DNA of 64,000 nucleotides from Selaginella moellendorffii (Eukaryota; Plantae; Lycopodiophyta): contig NW_003314273.1 in assembly GCF_000143415.4 (NCBI RefSeq), forward strand, positions 1,952,052 through 2,016,051. The letters run 5' to 3'. The notes beneath the pieces were generated by a model, which worked only from the letters and a program-made list of their open reading frames with translations, had not been told where the DNA came from and did no database searches. A program made the translations under genes and the position numbers. This document shows, in pieces, positions 22,835 to 36,757 of the stretch; within the stretch, counting starts at the first letter, position 1, and each line of letters starts with the position of its first letter.

Positions 22835-24389
22835 ATGTCAGATTTGGATTGTGCTATGGATATTGTTCAGTCGTCACCCGCTGAGGATTTGTCTACAGAA
22901 TCAAATTCTTATGAAGGTTTGGTTTTTCTCTTTATTCCTTAGTATTTCTTGATTCATTTCTCTTTGGTTTTGTAGTTTCACAAGCAAAGAGGACAAAGTT
23001 GACCATCCTAAAAGCCACTATTGCATCACTTGTCTTTAAAAAAGCAAATTCAACCAAAATTCTTGAGCTGAAGGTTTTATCTATGTATGGTTTTGAAATC
23101 ATTTTTTTTCTGTAGTTTTGATTTGCTTTTTGCCTAGGTATGGAACTTATAAAGTTCATCTTGCAAAGAACACTCTGCGAAGTGCAAAATACTTAACTTA
23201 TATAATGGATTGTACAGATATGCATGGCTTGCAAACTTTAACTGTATATGGCGATTCATCCATGTGTGCACAATTATATAATAAATTTATGGTTGGTAAA
23301 TGTTTCTCACTTACAAGGTTTGTAATTTTTATAAAAAAAATTAACAAGATTATAATTCTCTCACTACAGATGGGTTGAACGATAGAAAAACCCAGTTTAC
23401 CACCATGGAACTTCAGAAAAAGTTCTTTATATTACAGATTCTTCTATCATTCAAATTATAGATGATTTTGATGTTAAATTAAGATTACAGCCAACTAGAG
23501 GAGCTTCTATATCATCTTTAATGGCTACTAGAGTTTATCCATAAGCTATACATGCTGTTGTAATTAACACTGGTATTTTTCCTAAAATAAAGATTGCTTC
23601 TTCTAATTAACTATGGTAATGTTTTTTCCTATTTAATTTTCTATTTCTAAGATATTTTCACAGCTCTATATGCATCTGGAGCATGAAGAGCAATATCATC
23701 ATATTGTAGCAGATTTATATGCTGGATATATGCCAAAGTTTTTATTTTTTAATATTATGAAAAGCATGAGTGTATCAGGTGATTTAGCAACACTTGGAAG
23801 TACTTTATTTTTGCTACTAGTTGATTCAAACGAAATTTAGAGGCTCAATGAAGTTTATAAAACACACCGTGGTCTCACTTCTAAAGACAAGGTAATATAA
23901 ATTGTTTACATCTACTTTCAACTCTAACTTCCAATTATACAGATTAGTGGATATTTCATCCTTGACAACCAACAGAGCCTCACTCAAGCTGAAAGTCTTT
24001 GCTCATTTTGCTCTTTCACAATGTTAGAGTAGAGAGAAGATGGTTTTGTTGTTTGCGTAAAGTATAAAGGGCGTTCCATGCCTCGTAAATCAGCTACAAT
24101 AACTGGTTCTATTATATCAAATGACATGATGGAATATAGAGTTACAGTGTGTGATAAAATGGTGGATAAAATTTATAATTTGGATGAAGGGTCTATTGTC
24201 AAGTTTGCTATGGAGTCCCTAGAAAAGATTGTTGTTTATCTGTCTTCAAAACCAACAAGATTCTTTCTATTGAATGAGGCAAATATTATTGTCCATTTTG
24301 AGACACCAAACAATTCAGCCATAGAAATTGCCCAAACCAGAAATAGATACAATTGTCTTTTGTCTATTTTTCAATTGCTTTCTCTATAA
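22835..24389 (+). pseudogene. RPA70-like OB-fold ssDNA-binding gene carried by the Helentron (about 6 exons, several in-frame stops)
   Basis: Short GT-AG introns join LKVLSMYG..YIMDCTDMHGLQTLTVYGD..LYNKFMVGKCFSLT..KNPVYH (DBD-A-like) to CSFC..CVKY..YRVTVCDKMVDKIY (zinc/DBD-C-like). Plant Helitrons are known to carry RPA70 homologs. Confidence 0.65.
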
Positions 24390-24419
24390 TACAAATATCT
24401 ATTCATGAAACCTTGCAGT

Positions 24420-26030
24420 GCTTCTCTTAACAATTTCTAGATTTCAAAGCACACAAACTAAAAATCCCATGGCAACGACTCACAAGATTGCTGCTGATTG
24501 CATTGCACAATCAATTAGAGAACTAATATGTGAGAAACACAAGCTGCCTCTGAAAGCCCCTCTCAGGTAATCTACCATGTTAACATTGTATGTCTAACAC
24601 CGGAATCCAGGAAAATGATCATTGTGCATCTGGCTAGGGAGTTCCTTAAGGGCTTCAGAGAAGCTGGGTGAAAAATGTGGTGTATTGCTTTCTATACTAG
24701 ATGCTAAACCCCATCTTGCAGTAAATGTGTAAGAAAATGAACGTGAAAGAGTTGAGCCACAAGCAATTCCAAATTTCAACTTTGTTGTTGATTTGTTTGA
24801 CCTAGATGCTTGAAGCCGTGTATGACATTGACATGAGTCCTTGTATCTTTGACATCTCTTTGTCACAGAGCTTGCAGATTGCTAAACTAAGGCTCTTGCT
24901 TCTGAATGACCGTGCTCTTACTGGATCCTACTGGATAACTTACAAAAGAAAAACAAAACAGCTTAGAAGAAAGTTAAATGGGAAAGCACACATACATCAA
25001 AGGTTCGCTTTGGTTCTTGGCCCTGGATATCCATCTTTGGCAATGTTGAGCTCTCCTTCACCCTGTAGTAGCTCAAAAGAAATCATTTCAAGTAGAACCT
25101 ACATCAAGGTATATAAAAAAAAAAGTCCTAACGAGAAAGAAAGTTACAAACTACTTCAAACCATCTTTGAGTCCATCGACTTTTCAGGGACTTGTCATTG
25201 GACGTGCGAGGGTTTTCCACAGCCAATCCTGTAAATTGAAAACATCATGCTAGATACCAGTCTCCATAGTGAGAACAATGTTACTTGTTTGTGGAATCAT
25301 CCTACCTAGTTGAAGATATCTCACTTGACATTTTGAACAACTTTCTTTGGACTTGGCTACCTCGTCCAAGGCTGTCACTGTCAGTAGAACCTGAAGATGC
25401 TCTCACTACGGATTTGTAATGATGAAAATCTTCTCTCTGGGCAGAAGTAGAAGTTTAAGGTGCTGGAAGAGCTGCTGTCTCATAGGATTCGAGACGACAC
25501 CGTCCCTACATTTGTATCCTCTAGTATAATTTGAACCTGCAAAGACTCTACGTTTCCAATGGCAAAGTACTAAATCCAAACTTGAGAAACCAGCTCCAAA
25601 AACTAACAAAGCCACGATGTTACTCTAGAGCTTCTTATCTTGTGGGAGCTTATGTGAATGAAAAGGAAAAACAAAAGGAAGAAAGAAAAAAAAAAGGAGG
25701 AATCATCACACACCTTGTGTTGGATCTCTCTTCAATCTTCTAACCACGTCCAACACCCTGTCCAATCCTTCAATCTAGTGTAGCATAAAGAAGATGAAGA
25801 CCATTCCTGAAAGACTTACAAAAACAAAATGTCACCTTGTTTTGATGAAGTTTAGAGTAAAGCATTGGCCCTCGTATCCCTCGAAAATCTCCTAGTGCAT
25901 GATCCATTCAACTGCTCAAGTGGCAAGACCCAAGAATCCATGTGAGGTAGTGGCATTAAGCCCAAAAGAAAGAGATCTAGAAACAATACAATTGAGCAGG
26001 CAGTCAATTACCTAAGAATGCATGAGTCTG
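24420..26030 (-). pseudogene. Unidentified multi-exon gene remnant inside the Helentron
   Basis: Alternating exon-like blocks and short T-rich introns on the minus strand (CTG-A-rich acceptor and TAC/CAC donor mirrors near 25230, 25285, 25390, 25537, 25712, 25807). No product recognised. Confidence 0.35.
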
Positions 26031-26392
26031 GTACTTGTGCTCACGTTTCTTTCATAAGCCCATTTTAGGCCCATTTAAATAAAGACTTAATATAGCTTTA
26101 GGGCATAAATGGCTTTCAACGGAATGAGAAGTAAGTAAAAGGTCTTTGATTGTTTTTACTGGTCTAGATTATCAATTATCAACCTTCACAAAGCTGTTGA
26201 TTGAAAGATAGAGAATTAATACTTGCTGAAAGTAGGCTAAAAATAGTTCATTTGGTTCGATTGTTGAATCTCTTTAAACAATCTTGATCAATTAAACAAT
26301 CATAGAAAAAACTAATCTGGACGCACCCACCTATCCGGTGGGTGTAAGGACATCAAGGGCAATAAGGGCATTTTAGTATAAAGGGCAAAATT

Positions 26393-29300
26393 ATGACAAA
26401 GAGAAAATTTGAATGGATAGAACTTCTAGATGCAAAATTGTTATTAATTCAAGGATCTGTAAATAAAAAAGCAAAAGAACTAAAATTCAACCATAATATT
26501 GATTTAACTGAGCAACAAATTGTTTCTAGATACTATTATTTACCAAGAAAGAATAAAAATGAGCAAATAAAAACTATTAATATATCCAAAGAAAAACATG
26601 AAGAACGTACTTTACAAAACAATATTTAAGACAACAGAAGAAGACAAAATACTTATGGAAACTTGGAACTCACAAAAACAAACAAATGAAAAAATAAATA
26701 TTTTTTGACAAAGAACAGGGAATACTATATCAGATGAAAAACTTAAAAGAAGAGTATATATTAGAAGCAAAAAAAAGAAAACAATAAAAGAGAAAGAACA
26801 ACAAGAAAATGAATATGACATAAACAATCCAAAAAGTATGAAAGCAATACAAATGTATAATGAAGCTATACAGGATATACCGATACATCCATGTAAAATA
26901 TGTAAAAGACTTTGGTTTAAATATAATACAAAACAAGAATATGCATGCAATCAATGCATGACAAATAAAGATAAATATAAAAGTCCAGAAAAAATTAGAA
27001 TGAATCAAATTGATCAATATACAGAACAACTAAATGATATTGAAGAGAAAATGATAGCTTTACGTCTTTTATTTGCAAATATAACAATACCAAATCAACC
27101 TCAATATCAACAGTGCATAAAAGGAGGAGTAATAAATGTCCCAACTAATATTAAACCAATAATTAATAAACTACCAAGAACATTTGAAGAAACACAAACA
27201 ATAACAATTCAGTTGAAACAAAGATTAACTGATAAATATTATTATAAATATGGAATAGCCAGACCACATTATATTTATAATAGTATAAAACAATTACAAG
27301 AAACCGAACTATATAAGAAAAATAAATTAATATAGATGAAAACTAGTTTCAACAAGCACAAAAATTAGACAATATAGATAATAACGCACAAATAATATTA
27401 GAAAACGAATTACAATAAGAATTAAATGAAGATGATGAAAGTGTAAATCTTATAGACAACACTGATAATGAGATATTACCAACAGATACTATGGTAATTA
27501 GCTTCTTAGAAGCAAATCAAATGGATAATTTTACAAATAAAGTTTTAGTTATAGCACCTGGTCAAGGATAACACCCATTAGGATTATTTGTAGATGAAAA
27601 TGCTGAAGAAATGGCATATCCAAAACCATTTGGTGGAAAACCAAGACCATTAGACATAAAAAGTAAATTTACATATCAAGAAATAATCTAATGGGAATTA
27701 ATGAATGAGGATAGAAAATTTGCACGACATATTGAACATATATTTACAGCAGCAGTAAAAATGAAATCAAATTTGTTAATTAAAATGCAGGTTTTAGATT
27801 AAGAAAATTTACTTATGAAGGAAGAAAAGTCACATCAAAAGATGTGCTTCTAAATGGAAATATGGATAAAATATTAAAGTCAAACATAGGTTTTAGAGAT
27901 TTAAGAAATCTAAGAACATCACCAGATAATTTAGAAGCACTAAAAAAAGATGCATTTGCCATAATAAGACAATTAAGACCACCAACACTATTCTTAACTC
28001 TTAGTTGTTCAAAAAGACATTGGGAACCATTAATAAATGCTTTAAAACATTTAAATACAGATATATTATAAAAAGAAGAGATAGAAAATTTAAATAAAAA
28101 AGAGAAAATATATAAAATACTAAGAGCTGATCCAATCACCACAATACAATATTATGCACATAAAACATCAGCATTTAGAAAATTATTAATGTCCAATTAT
28201 CACATATTTGGAAGGAAAGTAAAAGACTATGTATTTGTAGCACAATTTCAACAACATGGTACACCACATGAACATGCACTAATATGGGTAGAAAATCCAC
28301 CACAAACATTAGGACAAATAAAAGAATATGTAATGAAAATATATGTACAGATTTAGAGAAACTACCACATAATATAAAAGATGTTCAAACTCATAAACAT
28401 AGAAAAACATGTAAGAAATATAAAAATATAAATTCCTCCAATGAAATCTTAGAGCCTATAAAAGACATTACAAAACATGAAAAGGATTTATATACAATAA
28501 TTTTTAAAAAAAACAATACTATAAGATAAAACTATAGATCTAAAAAATTTAGAGTTTGATTAATATTTAAAAATAATAGGAATAACATATGAGCAATATA
28601 AAGCAACAATAAGATCGACAATAACAAATACAAAAAAAATTTATAAACAAAAACCAAAAGACATAAACACAAATACTTTTAATAACAAATTATCAAATTT
28701 GTGCAATCAAATGTAGATATACAAAATAATCTTGATCCATATACAGCAGCATCATATTGTTTATCATACATTGCATGTATTGAAACAAAAATAACAAAGA
28801 CATTATCAACTGTATTTAAAAAATGCCAAGAAGGAACAGATGCATTTAATAGAGTTCAGTTATTAGGAAATAGCTTAATACGTGGTAGGGAAATGCCAAT
28901 TCAACAAACACTTTTTTTAATATTGTCAATCCCAATTTCATCATATGTCTAAAACTGTAAAGTTCATTGATATTAAACCACAAGAACAACAAACAAAATG
29001 TTTAAAAACAAAACAAGACCTTGCAAAAATGCAAAAAGATGAAACAGACATAGCAGTACTTGGACTAATTGAAAAATTCATGCAAAGACCAGAAGAATTA
29101 GAAGATTTAACATTAGCAGAGACAACAACTGAATATATAATTGAAAAAGAACTAACAACACAAAAATATTCAAAAAACAATATAATTAGATATATAAACT
29201 TTAGTAAAGAAAAAGATCCAGAAAAGTGGGCCTTTGAAAGATTAATCTTACATAAAAAATTTAGAAAAGAAGAAGATCTTAAAGAAATGTACACAATATA

Positions 29301-31680
29301 TATGAATGCATATGAAGCAAATATGGAACAAATAAATGAAAAACAACATCAAAACATATATAAAAATGTAACAAATGAGAGTGAATTTGATTGGGAGAAT
29401 CCAGAACAAGAAGCAAATAAAATATTAAAAAAACAAGCACAGTATATACAAAAAATAAACACAAACCAAACAGATGAATTTGATATAGGGAAAGATTTAT
29501 TCAAAATGAAAATTAACAAAAACTTAAATTTAAATATAAAAGATAAAATATTAACAAATACAAAAATTATAATACAAGATGAATACCTTATGGAAACTAG
29601 TAAATATCACCAATTATTAAGAACTCTTAAAAAAAAGCAAAGAATAATACATGATGACTTCATATTGAAAAAAATAAAACAACCTAACAAACAATTATGC
29701 TTATTTTTAACAGGAGGAGCAGGAACTGGAAAATCAATGCTTTTAAATACACTTATAGAAACACTCAAACGATATTATAAAACAAACCAAGATATAAATA
29801 ATGAACTAGGACAAACAATATTAATAACAGCACCTACAAGAAAAGCAGCTTGTAATATAAATGGTTCAACAATACATTTAGCTTTTGCATTTTGACCAGA
29901 AGCATCAAAACAACACCAAACAATATTAACAAATGACACATTAGATAAAAATAAAAGAAAGTTTTCAACAATAAAATGTTTAGTAATAGATGAAATATCA
30001 ATGGTAAGTATAGAAATGCTACAAGATATACATAGAAGATGTGAAAGCTTCAAAACAACATATGGAATAGACTTTGGTGGGATGGATTGTATATTTACAG
30101 GTGATTTCTATCAATTAAATCCTACATTTGAAGCACCAATTTATTCAACAAGAACATATAGACCTGAAAATGATGTCTCCATACACCACTCATGGAAAAA
30201 TAATTTTAAAATCTATGAACTTACTGAAATAATGAGGCAAAAAGATGATATAATCTTTATAAAAGCTTTAAATAAAATAAAAATAGGAGAACAAACAGAT
30301 AAAGAGCTAGAATATATAAATAAACAAGTCACCACAGATACATATAACACAGAATACTATTCTATATTTGCAACTAATGAACAAGTAAGAGAACATAATG
30401 AAAAAATAATACAAAACATACAAGGTAAAGATATAATTATAGAAGCACAAGACAAACATGGAAATTCCTGTCCTACACATTTCACGCTGCTAAATGACAC
30501 AAGAAAAACACAAGGACTACATAAAATATTACATTTGAAAAAGAAAATGGCAATTGAAATAACACAAAATATAGCAACAGAAGATGGATTAGTAAATGGA
30601 GCTGATGGAGTATTACAAGATGTAACCCAAGTTGAAGAATAACAAATAATGTGAATAGAATTCCCAAATATAAAAACAGATGAAAAAACAAGAGCTAAAG
30701 AAAACATAACAATAAAGCAAAATAATGAAAAAAAACTGGACACCAATAAAAAAATAACAAGAACAATAAATATTACTAAAAATAAAAACTATGTTATAAG
30801 TAGAACCCAATTTCCAGTACAACCATGCGCAGGAAGAACAATACATAGAGCACAAGGACCAGTAGTTATGCAATTAAGATATGACCCATATAAAACAAAA
30901 TATCCAGGATAAGCATATACTGCATTATCAAGAGCACAAACATTAAAAGGGATACATTTATATAGACCACTTGAACATAAACATATTAAAATCAATAAAG
31001 ATGCAGCTAAAGAAATAATAAGAATGACAACAGAAGCACCATGGCAAATTGATTTAATGGATTTACAAGAAGAATAAAAAGCTAACCAAACAATTATACA
31101 AGTTCTAAATACAAGATCTATTACTACACATCAAGAAGATATAAAGAGTGATTCACAATTATTAACATCAGATATAATATGTATGCAAGAAGTAAGAACA
31201 CAAAAACATGAGGATTTAAATTTTAATAAATATAAATCATATATACATGAATAACCCCCACATATAGCAATATTGCATACAAATGACTACAAATCAGAAA
31301 TAGTAGAACATTTAAAAACAGAAACAATGGCAATGTCATATGTATCACTAGAAAAAAATAAAAAACAATTAAATTTATATAGAAGACCTGGAACAAATAT
31401 ACATATATTCATAAAACAACTAAAAAAATATATACAGAAAATAGATAATAAAAAACCAGTAATAATTAGAGGAGATTTTAATATTGACTACCAAATAGAA
31501 GAAGTAAAACCACTTCAAACAATAATGGTGAAAGAAGGATATATACAAATAATAAAACACAATACACGTAATAATAAATTAATAGATCATATATGGATAA
31601 AAGATATAATATATACAAAAGCAGGAATAGCACATTGGACAGATCATAACAAATTATATATCATAATAAAAAATATTTAA
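26393..31680 (+). pseudogene. RepHel transposase: Cys-rich N-terminus, HUH Rep, PIF1-family helicase, C-terminal EEP/APE endonuclease; disrupted
   Basis: Rep: IRQLRPPTLFLTLS, QFQQHGTPHEH, DIQ..DPYTAASYCLSY. Helicase: GGAGTGKS, APTRKAA, IDEISMV, GDFYQL, LTEIMRQKDD, DGLVNGADG, RTQFPV..TIHRAQG, YTALSRA. Endonuclease: LNTRS..SDIICMQE, GDFNID, IDHIW, WTDH. Multiple stops and frameshifts. Confidence 0.93.
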
Positions 31681-31979
31681 AAACAAAAGCAAACCAAGCG
31701 TTGCTGCAATGCAATGCGCAGCAATTTATTGTTTATTCTACTATAATATTAATCTTAAATAAGTTTATAGCTAAATTACTCAATGAATGATACTACAGCA
31801 AATTAATTAAGAGATAAGTATTGTCTCTCATATTTTTTATCTCTTCACCAAGGTGTGCCAGCTAAGATCCTTTCGCGTCTTTTCAGGTACCATCTTTGAT
31901 TGACGGCTCCATCAACCTTGCATAACACTCTTTCCTTGCAAAGTTTACCGACCTCCCAAGAAAAGCTTTTCTCTCATTG

Positions 31980-32890
31980 AGAGACCACGCTGAGTAGTGG
32001 ATTCCCTCCAGATTTCTCTCCCAGATCTGTGAGTGGAGCCTCTTCTCTGCTAAGTCGCCGCGTGCCTTGAGCACCACCATGAAAGTCTGAGCGTTTGGCT
32101 GCGGCTTGCTCATAGCACTCAAGAGCAAAGGTTGTTCTTGGCAAATCCCAGGAAACGACGTTTTGCTGCTCCATGCAAAGTCTCAGCGTTTGGAGGCAGG
32201 CCAGCTTCTCGTTGCATCTGGTAGAAGACGTGCATGTCCCATGATGATCGTGTTCCAGGCAACCAACGTCGTGTTTCTTTGTCCTCCTGAACACTTCTGA
32301 TGCTTCCACATGTCCACGAGGCTGCTTGCGACGAATGCATTGGGTTAATTTGCGAGGTAGACCAACCTATCCTGTTCCTCGTCCCATCCTGTCAAACAAC
32401 TTGTGTCGCAAGCCGCAGTGTAGACTTCGACCATACTTCCACAATTTTGCACTTGCTTGATTCCCGGCTTATGATGCTCTTGACTCTGGAGAAACTTATC
32501 TGGCCGCTATGCCCTGCTTTGCTTCTTCTCATCGAAGTTGAGATTTGAGCACCTGCAAGACAGAGAGCAAAAGTAGTACGTTACCTTTTCTCAAACCTTT
32601 CGTCTCAAGCAACTTCTCTGGCCTTTGGAGGTGCACTAACGTCTGCTCCCCCGTCACCTCTAGAGGATAGCTCAGTCAAATCGAAACTTGGTAGGTTCCT
32701 GCTCTACTTTCCAGTCCATGTTCCGAGCCAACTGCGCAATAACTTCCAAGTCTGGTGACTTCCACCAGTGGACCCTTGTATGTGATCTTCACCGTCCGTG
32801 AGCAAGACCCTGCTGTCTTCTTGCTCTGCAACTTCATCTCCTTGAAGATTGCTTGTACACAATCTTCCATGTGACAAGGCATGCACTGTG
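31980..32890 (-). pseudogene. PLS-class PPR remnant (unit B3)
   Basis: Paralog of 16920-17820. Confidence 0.75.
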
Positions 32891-32895
32891 CTGAC

Positions 32896-33600
32896 TTACG
32901 CGTCACTGCCAGTGTTGGCAGGACACTTTGAGGAGAATCCCAGAGTGCCATTGCTGTGCGAACCACGAGTGTGAGCTTCCAGCTGTTTCTTCTCAGTCAG
33001 AGAATCGTCCACCACAACTTCGATCTGCCACCCGGGATCCTGAAAGATCGCATTACTGCGCTGCTTCCTCCGAGAGAACATCCATCGCACGAGCAAAAAG
33101 CATGTGAGCAGCACCAAGATCGCAACCAAAACCCACAGAAGAAGCTGGAGCAGCGACCACGGCGTCCTCCGAACCACTGTAACTACTGCTGTGGGTGTTG
33201 GTGTGGCCACTGCTGCGTCGTGACCCTCACGACGGTGGTGGTGGTGGTGGTGGTGGTGGTTGTGGCGTCCTCCATGGTGGTGACCATGGTAGTGAACAAC
33301 CAGAGGAGCTCCGTCACCGTGATGATGATGGTACACTGCTGCTGCTGGAGCTGGATCGTGGTGGCGAGCATCAGGCGCTGGAGCTAGATGAGCAGGGTGG
33401 CCGCGAGCAGGGTGAACGAAAGCAGCTGGCGCTGGGGCTCGAACTGGAGCGTCACCTTGAAGAACTGGAGCTAAAGCTGGCACTGGCTCGTGGGCTCCTC
33501 GAGGATGGTGTCCATGGTGTGAAGCTCGGTGATGGCCGCCATGCCAGGGCGCTGGAGCTCGGCAGGCAAGCGTTGGGGCGGCGTGAGCGCGAGAGACCAT
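32896..33600 (-). CDS. His-rich membrane protein copy, 234 aa, 8-His run (unit B3)
   Basis: Intact ORF; differs from B1 by an in-frame 42-nt deletion and 10 fewer His codons. Confidence 0.6.
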   Translation of the reverse strand: MVSRAHAAPTLACRAPAPWHGGHHRASHHGHHPRGAHEPVPALAPVLQGDAPVRAPAPAAFVHPARGHPAHLAPAPDARHHDPAPAAAVYHHHHGDGAPLVVHYHGHHHGGRHNHHHHHHHHRREGHDAAVATPTPTAVVTVVRRTPWSLLQLLLWVLVAILVLLTCFLLVRWMFSRRKQRSNAIFQDPGWQIEVVVDDSLTEKKQLEAHTRGSHSNGTLGFSSKCPANTGSDA

Positions 33601-34067
33601 AGCTTACCTGACGAAAGCTTCGACAATAGAAAAATCCAAGTGAGAAAGATTATAACCTAACCCTTGACTTAGAAAATAGAAAATAAAGAGGTACTTTTGG
33701 CTTTGTGAGAAAAACAAGAGCTTGTGATGCTGTGGATTTTCGGACTTGAACTGAGCATGCCAAAGAGCCCAAACCTAGATGTGAACAGCGATTTAATCTC
33801 ACAATCATGAAATGCTCAATATTTCACAAAGATAAGACATCTTTAATTTGATGGCAACTCCTTTCCAGGCTCAATTCTAATGTACTTGCAGTGAACGAAA
33901 CTTTTTTACTCGTTTGCAAAAAAGTGGGAAAAAAAAACACAAGATAAATATCTATGCATTGCTCTATTGACAGTCTCACGGTGCAATATCCATCCATAGC
34001 TCCCCAAGAGGTCAACACCAGTAAAATTGGTCAAAACACCTGGAATGATCCAATAATCAAACATATT

Positions 34068-34124
34068 TGGAGATGCTAGTTATTGATCCCTAAGCGAGTG
34101 CTCTACCATCTGAGCTATCTCCCC
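34068..34124 (-). pseudogene. tRNA-Ala pseudogene with 16-nt deletion
   Basis: Same deletion as 4028-4084. Confidence 0.85.
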
Positions 34125-34501
34125 TTAGCAAAGAAACAAAAATGCTAAACTTTTCTCTTCACCATTCTAATACTCATCCTTGGAGATTCTGGCAGCTTTT
34201 GTTGCATTTCAAGAGCCTTTTGAGAGATGAGCTTTGGAAAGCCCACCATCTCCAGCAAGTTTCTATAGCCAAGAAGCTGCATCTGCAGGCAACCGAGTGT
34301 AACTTTAAAAAATGTCCTTTGTTATTTTATGAGTAATTTATAAGTAAATGTTTATTTATAAATATATATCAAATTCAAATATAAACCCAATATCTAGTTC
34401 TTTTCCAATGTCATAAACCCCCCATATCAAGATATTGCAATGAATCTAAATTTTAAGATTTTGATCCATCCCAAAAGCCATATAATATATAAAATATATA
34501 T

Positions 34502-36757
34502 TGTGAGTGCTCAGGATAAAGGAATAGGTATATTAATTAATGTTTAGGCCCTTACTTATATACAAAAATAAATGGACCAGATTTAGTCCCAAATGGACAG
34601 TCGATATATTATACTACTATAATTAATATATTATCTAGCTAGGGTAATACATATATATACATGTATGTATTTACAAACTTTACACCATCCTCCCTTTTGG
34701 AAGATGAAAGGGTGATAATAATAAGTCAGGTGGAACATCTGGAGCTTCTGTTGGGCAATTATAAATTATCACAAGAATCTAAAACTCCCACAAAACCACT
34801 AATAAAGTTGCTAATAACCATGACTGAAATAAAATTTAAAGCCATGGAATAATCATTAGCCCACTATAGAACCTTGATGAACTAGTTGCAACTTTGTATG
34901 CAACTCCCAAATGCTCAAACTAACCACGCAACCATAACTTTGCACTAGGGAGGTCAGACTCACTCCATTTGTCTTTCACATTTTCCTTATCCCCTCCTCG
35001 AAGAAAAAAAAGTTTTGAAACAATAGCTCCTTTTGGACTTACTGCACTGTCCTCACTCCGCTATTTATGTTCGGCCTCACTCCACTATCGCATCTATTCG
35101 GCCTCATTACGTCGGGGTTGGATGTTTCATTCAAACTCGCTATGCTCGTCTTGACTCCACAATCCATATCATTCGTCCTCGCTTCACTATCGTATTTGCT
35201 CGTCCTCACTCCATCATCGGGGCCAGACTCCCATCCATCCCCTCTACTCCCTCCTCTAAAGAAGAAAAAGTTTGAAGTGTTAAAGCAAAAAGGAGAAAAC
35301 AAAAAAAATTGAGGAAAAATAATTGTGGAAGAAGAAAAAGTAAATAAAGAAGCATTGGAAGAAGAATTTGCAACAACTAGCAATGCAAAAATGGGAAATC
35401 AAAAAAATATATACTTAAAGCTTGGTCAATAGGGGATTTCCTTTCGTAAAATATTTCAGCCACAATATAAGCAAAAGATTCACACCACTTAACCTTCTCA
35501 ATACACAACTCAACACTTGATATGAGAAAATCAATAACAACATTCACACTCTCAAGGGAATATATAAACTCCTCATGAGCAATAGTAAAACAAAGGTTGT
35601 TAGTGGCACTCACAAATGAGACATGCATTCAACCCAAAATTTTGGCCAAAGTGACTCAACCCTTGGAACAGGGAAATACTCAATACTAGAACTAATCAAA
35701 TACTCTACTAACGAAACAAAAGCAAGATTCTCAACTTCATGGATACACTCAATATTCAGATTAATATGAGGAGGATAAAAAACACTCAACTCAACACTGG
35801 ATTTAAAATTAGAATCATGAGAGTCATAAATGATCAACGTGCCAAATAAAGAAAATGCTACACATGAAGAAGAAATACTAGGAACTTGAGAAGGTGGCTC
35901 AGGCCGAAAAAAAAAAAAAAAGTTGGGAAAGAGCAGAAGGGAAAGAAAAAGGATTAGATAATAGATTGAAATATTAACACCTACTTCACGAAATCTCCAC
36001 TTCATCTCCAAAACTATCTCCATAATAATCAAACTCATCATCACACTTTAGAATCCACCCAAGTTTGTACACATTGTCTTTCCACAAACTTGATCCTCAA
36101 ACATTCTCCAAGAATTAAATTGCATCATCCATAACTCACCAATCAATATCACGATCACACTCCACATCAATAAGAGATGGTAGAACATTGAGAACAGGAC
36201 AAGCCGTATAATCACATCCCACAAAAGCTGGAGACCAACAAACAACACATCAAGGATGGGCACAATACCAATATGATCACACCCCATAGCACCAAAAGTT
36301 AGATCCAACAGAGCAGCATTAACAGTCTCAAGTGACATACTTCTTGATTGATCACGACATGGCATAGTAGAAGAAGAGAATGCAATGATGATCAGAAGAA
36401 AGAGTAGATCTAAGCACAACGATAGCTAGAATTCTAAATCTTGCTAAAAGCTAATACAGATCTAGATCTATAATAGAATGAAGAAATAAGAATAAAAAAA
36501 CATGATCCCAAACACTAGAGCAAAGCACTATCAAAAAGCTTTGCCCTTCAGGGATAAATTGCAGTGCCTTTCACCTCCACTAATGTGAGTGCTTAGGATA
36601 TAGGAATAAGTATATTAATTAGGGTTTAAGCCCATGCTTATATACAAAAATGAATGGATCAGATTTAATCCCAAATTGACAGTTCATATGCTATAATACT
36701 ATAATTAGTGTATTACCTAACTAGGGTAATACATATATATACATACATGACCTTACA
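34502..36757 (-). mobile_element. Non-autonomous LTR retroelement with short LTRs (34502-34684 and 36584-36757)
   Basis: Two diverged TG..CA direct repeats; ATAT on both flanks; minus-strand PPT AAAAGGGAGGATGG (34685-34698); PBS-like TAGTGGAGGTG (36572-36582); no recognisable gag/pol. Confidence 0.8.

Larger units (their letters stand above)
21723..31728 (+). mobile_element. Helentron/Helitron2 (HLE2)-type rolling-circle transposon, full length, coding-defective
   Basis: 5' palindrome GGTTTGCTTAAGCAAACC (21725-21742); 11-bp asymmetric TIR TTGGTTTGCTT / AAGCAAACCAA (31687-31697); 3' hairpin TTGCTGC..GCAGCAA (31701-31724). Inserted in a T run without TSD; empty sites at 16671-16690 and 40957-40976. 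Contains Rep, helicase and endonuclease motifs. Confidence 0.9.

Noticed and set aside
26612-30995. Hydrophobic minus-strand ORFs (26612, 26730, 28941, 29775, 30357, 30613 and others)
   Set aside because: Shadows of the very A-rich RepHel coding strand.
21723-31728. Active autonomous element, or canonical TC...CTRR Helitron
   Set aside because: RepHel and the RPA-like gene carry many stops and frameshifts, and the ends are not TC/CTRR.
34969-36419. gag/pol in the short-LTR element
   Set aside because: No zinc-knuckle, protease, RT or integrase motif seen, and the ORFs differ between the two copies.
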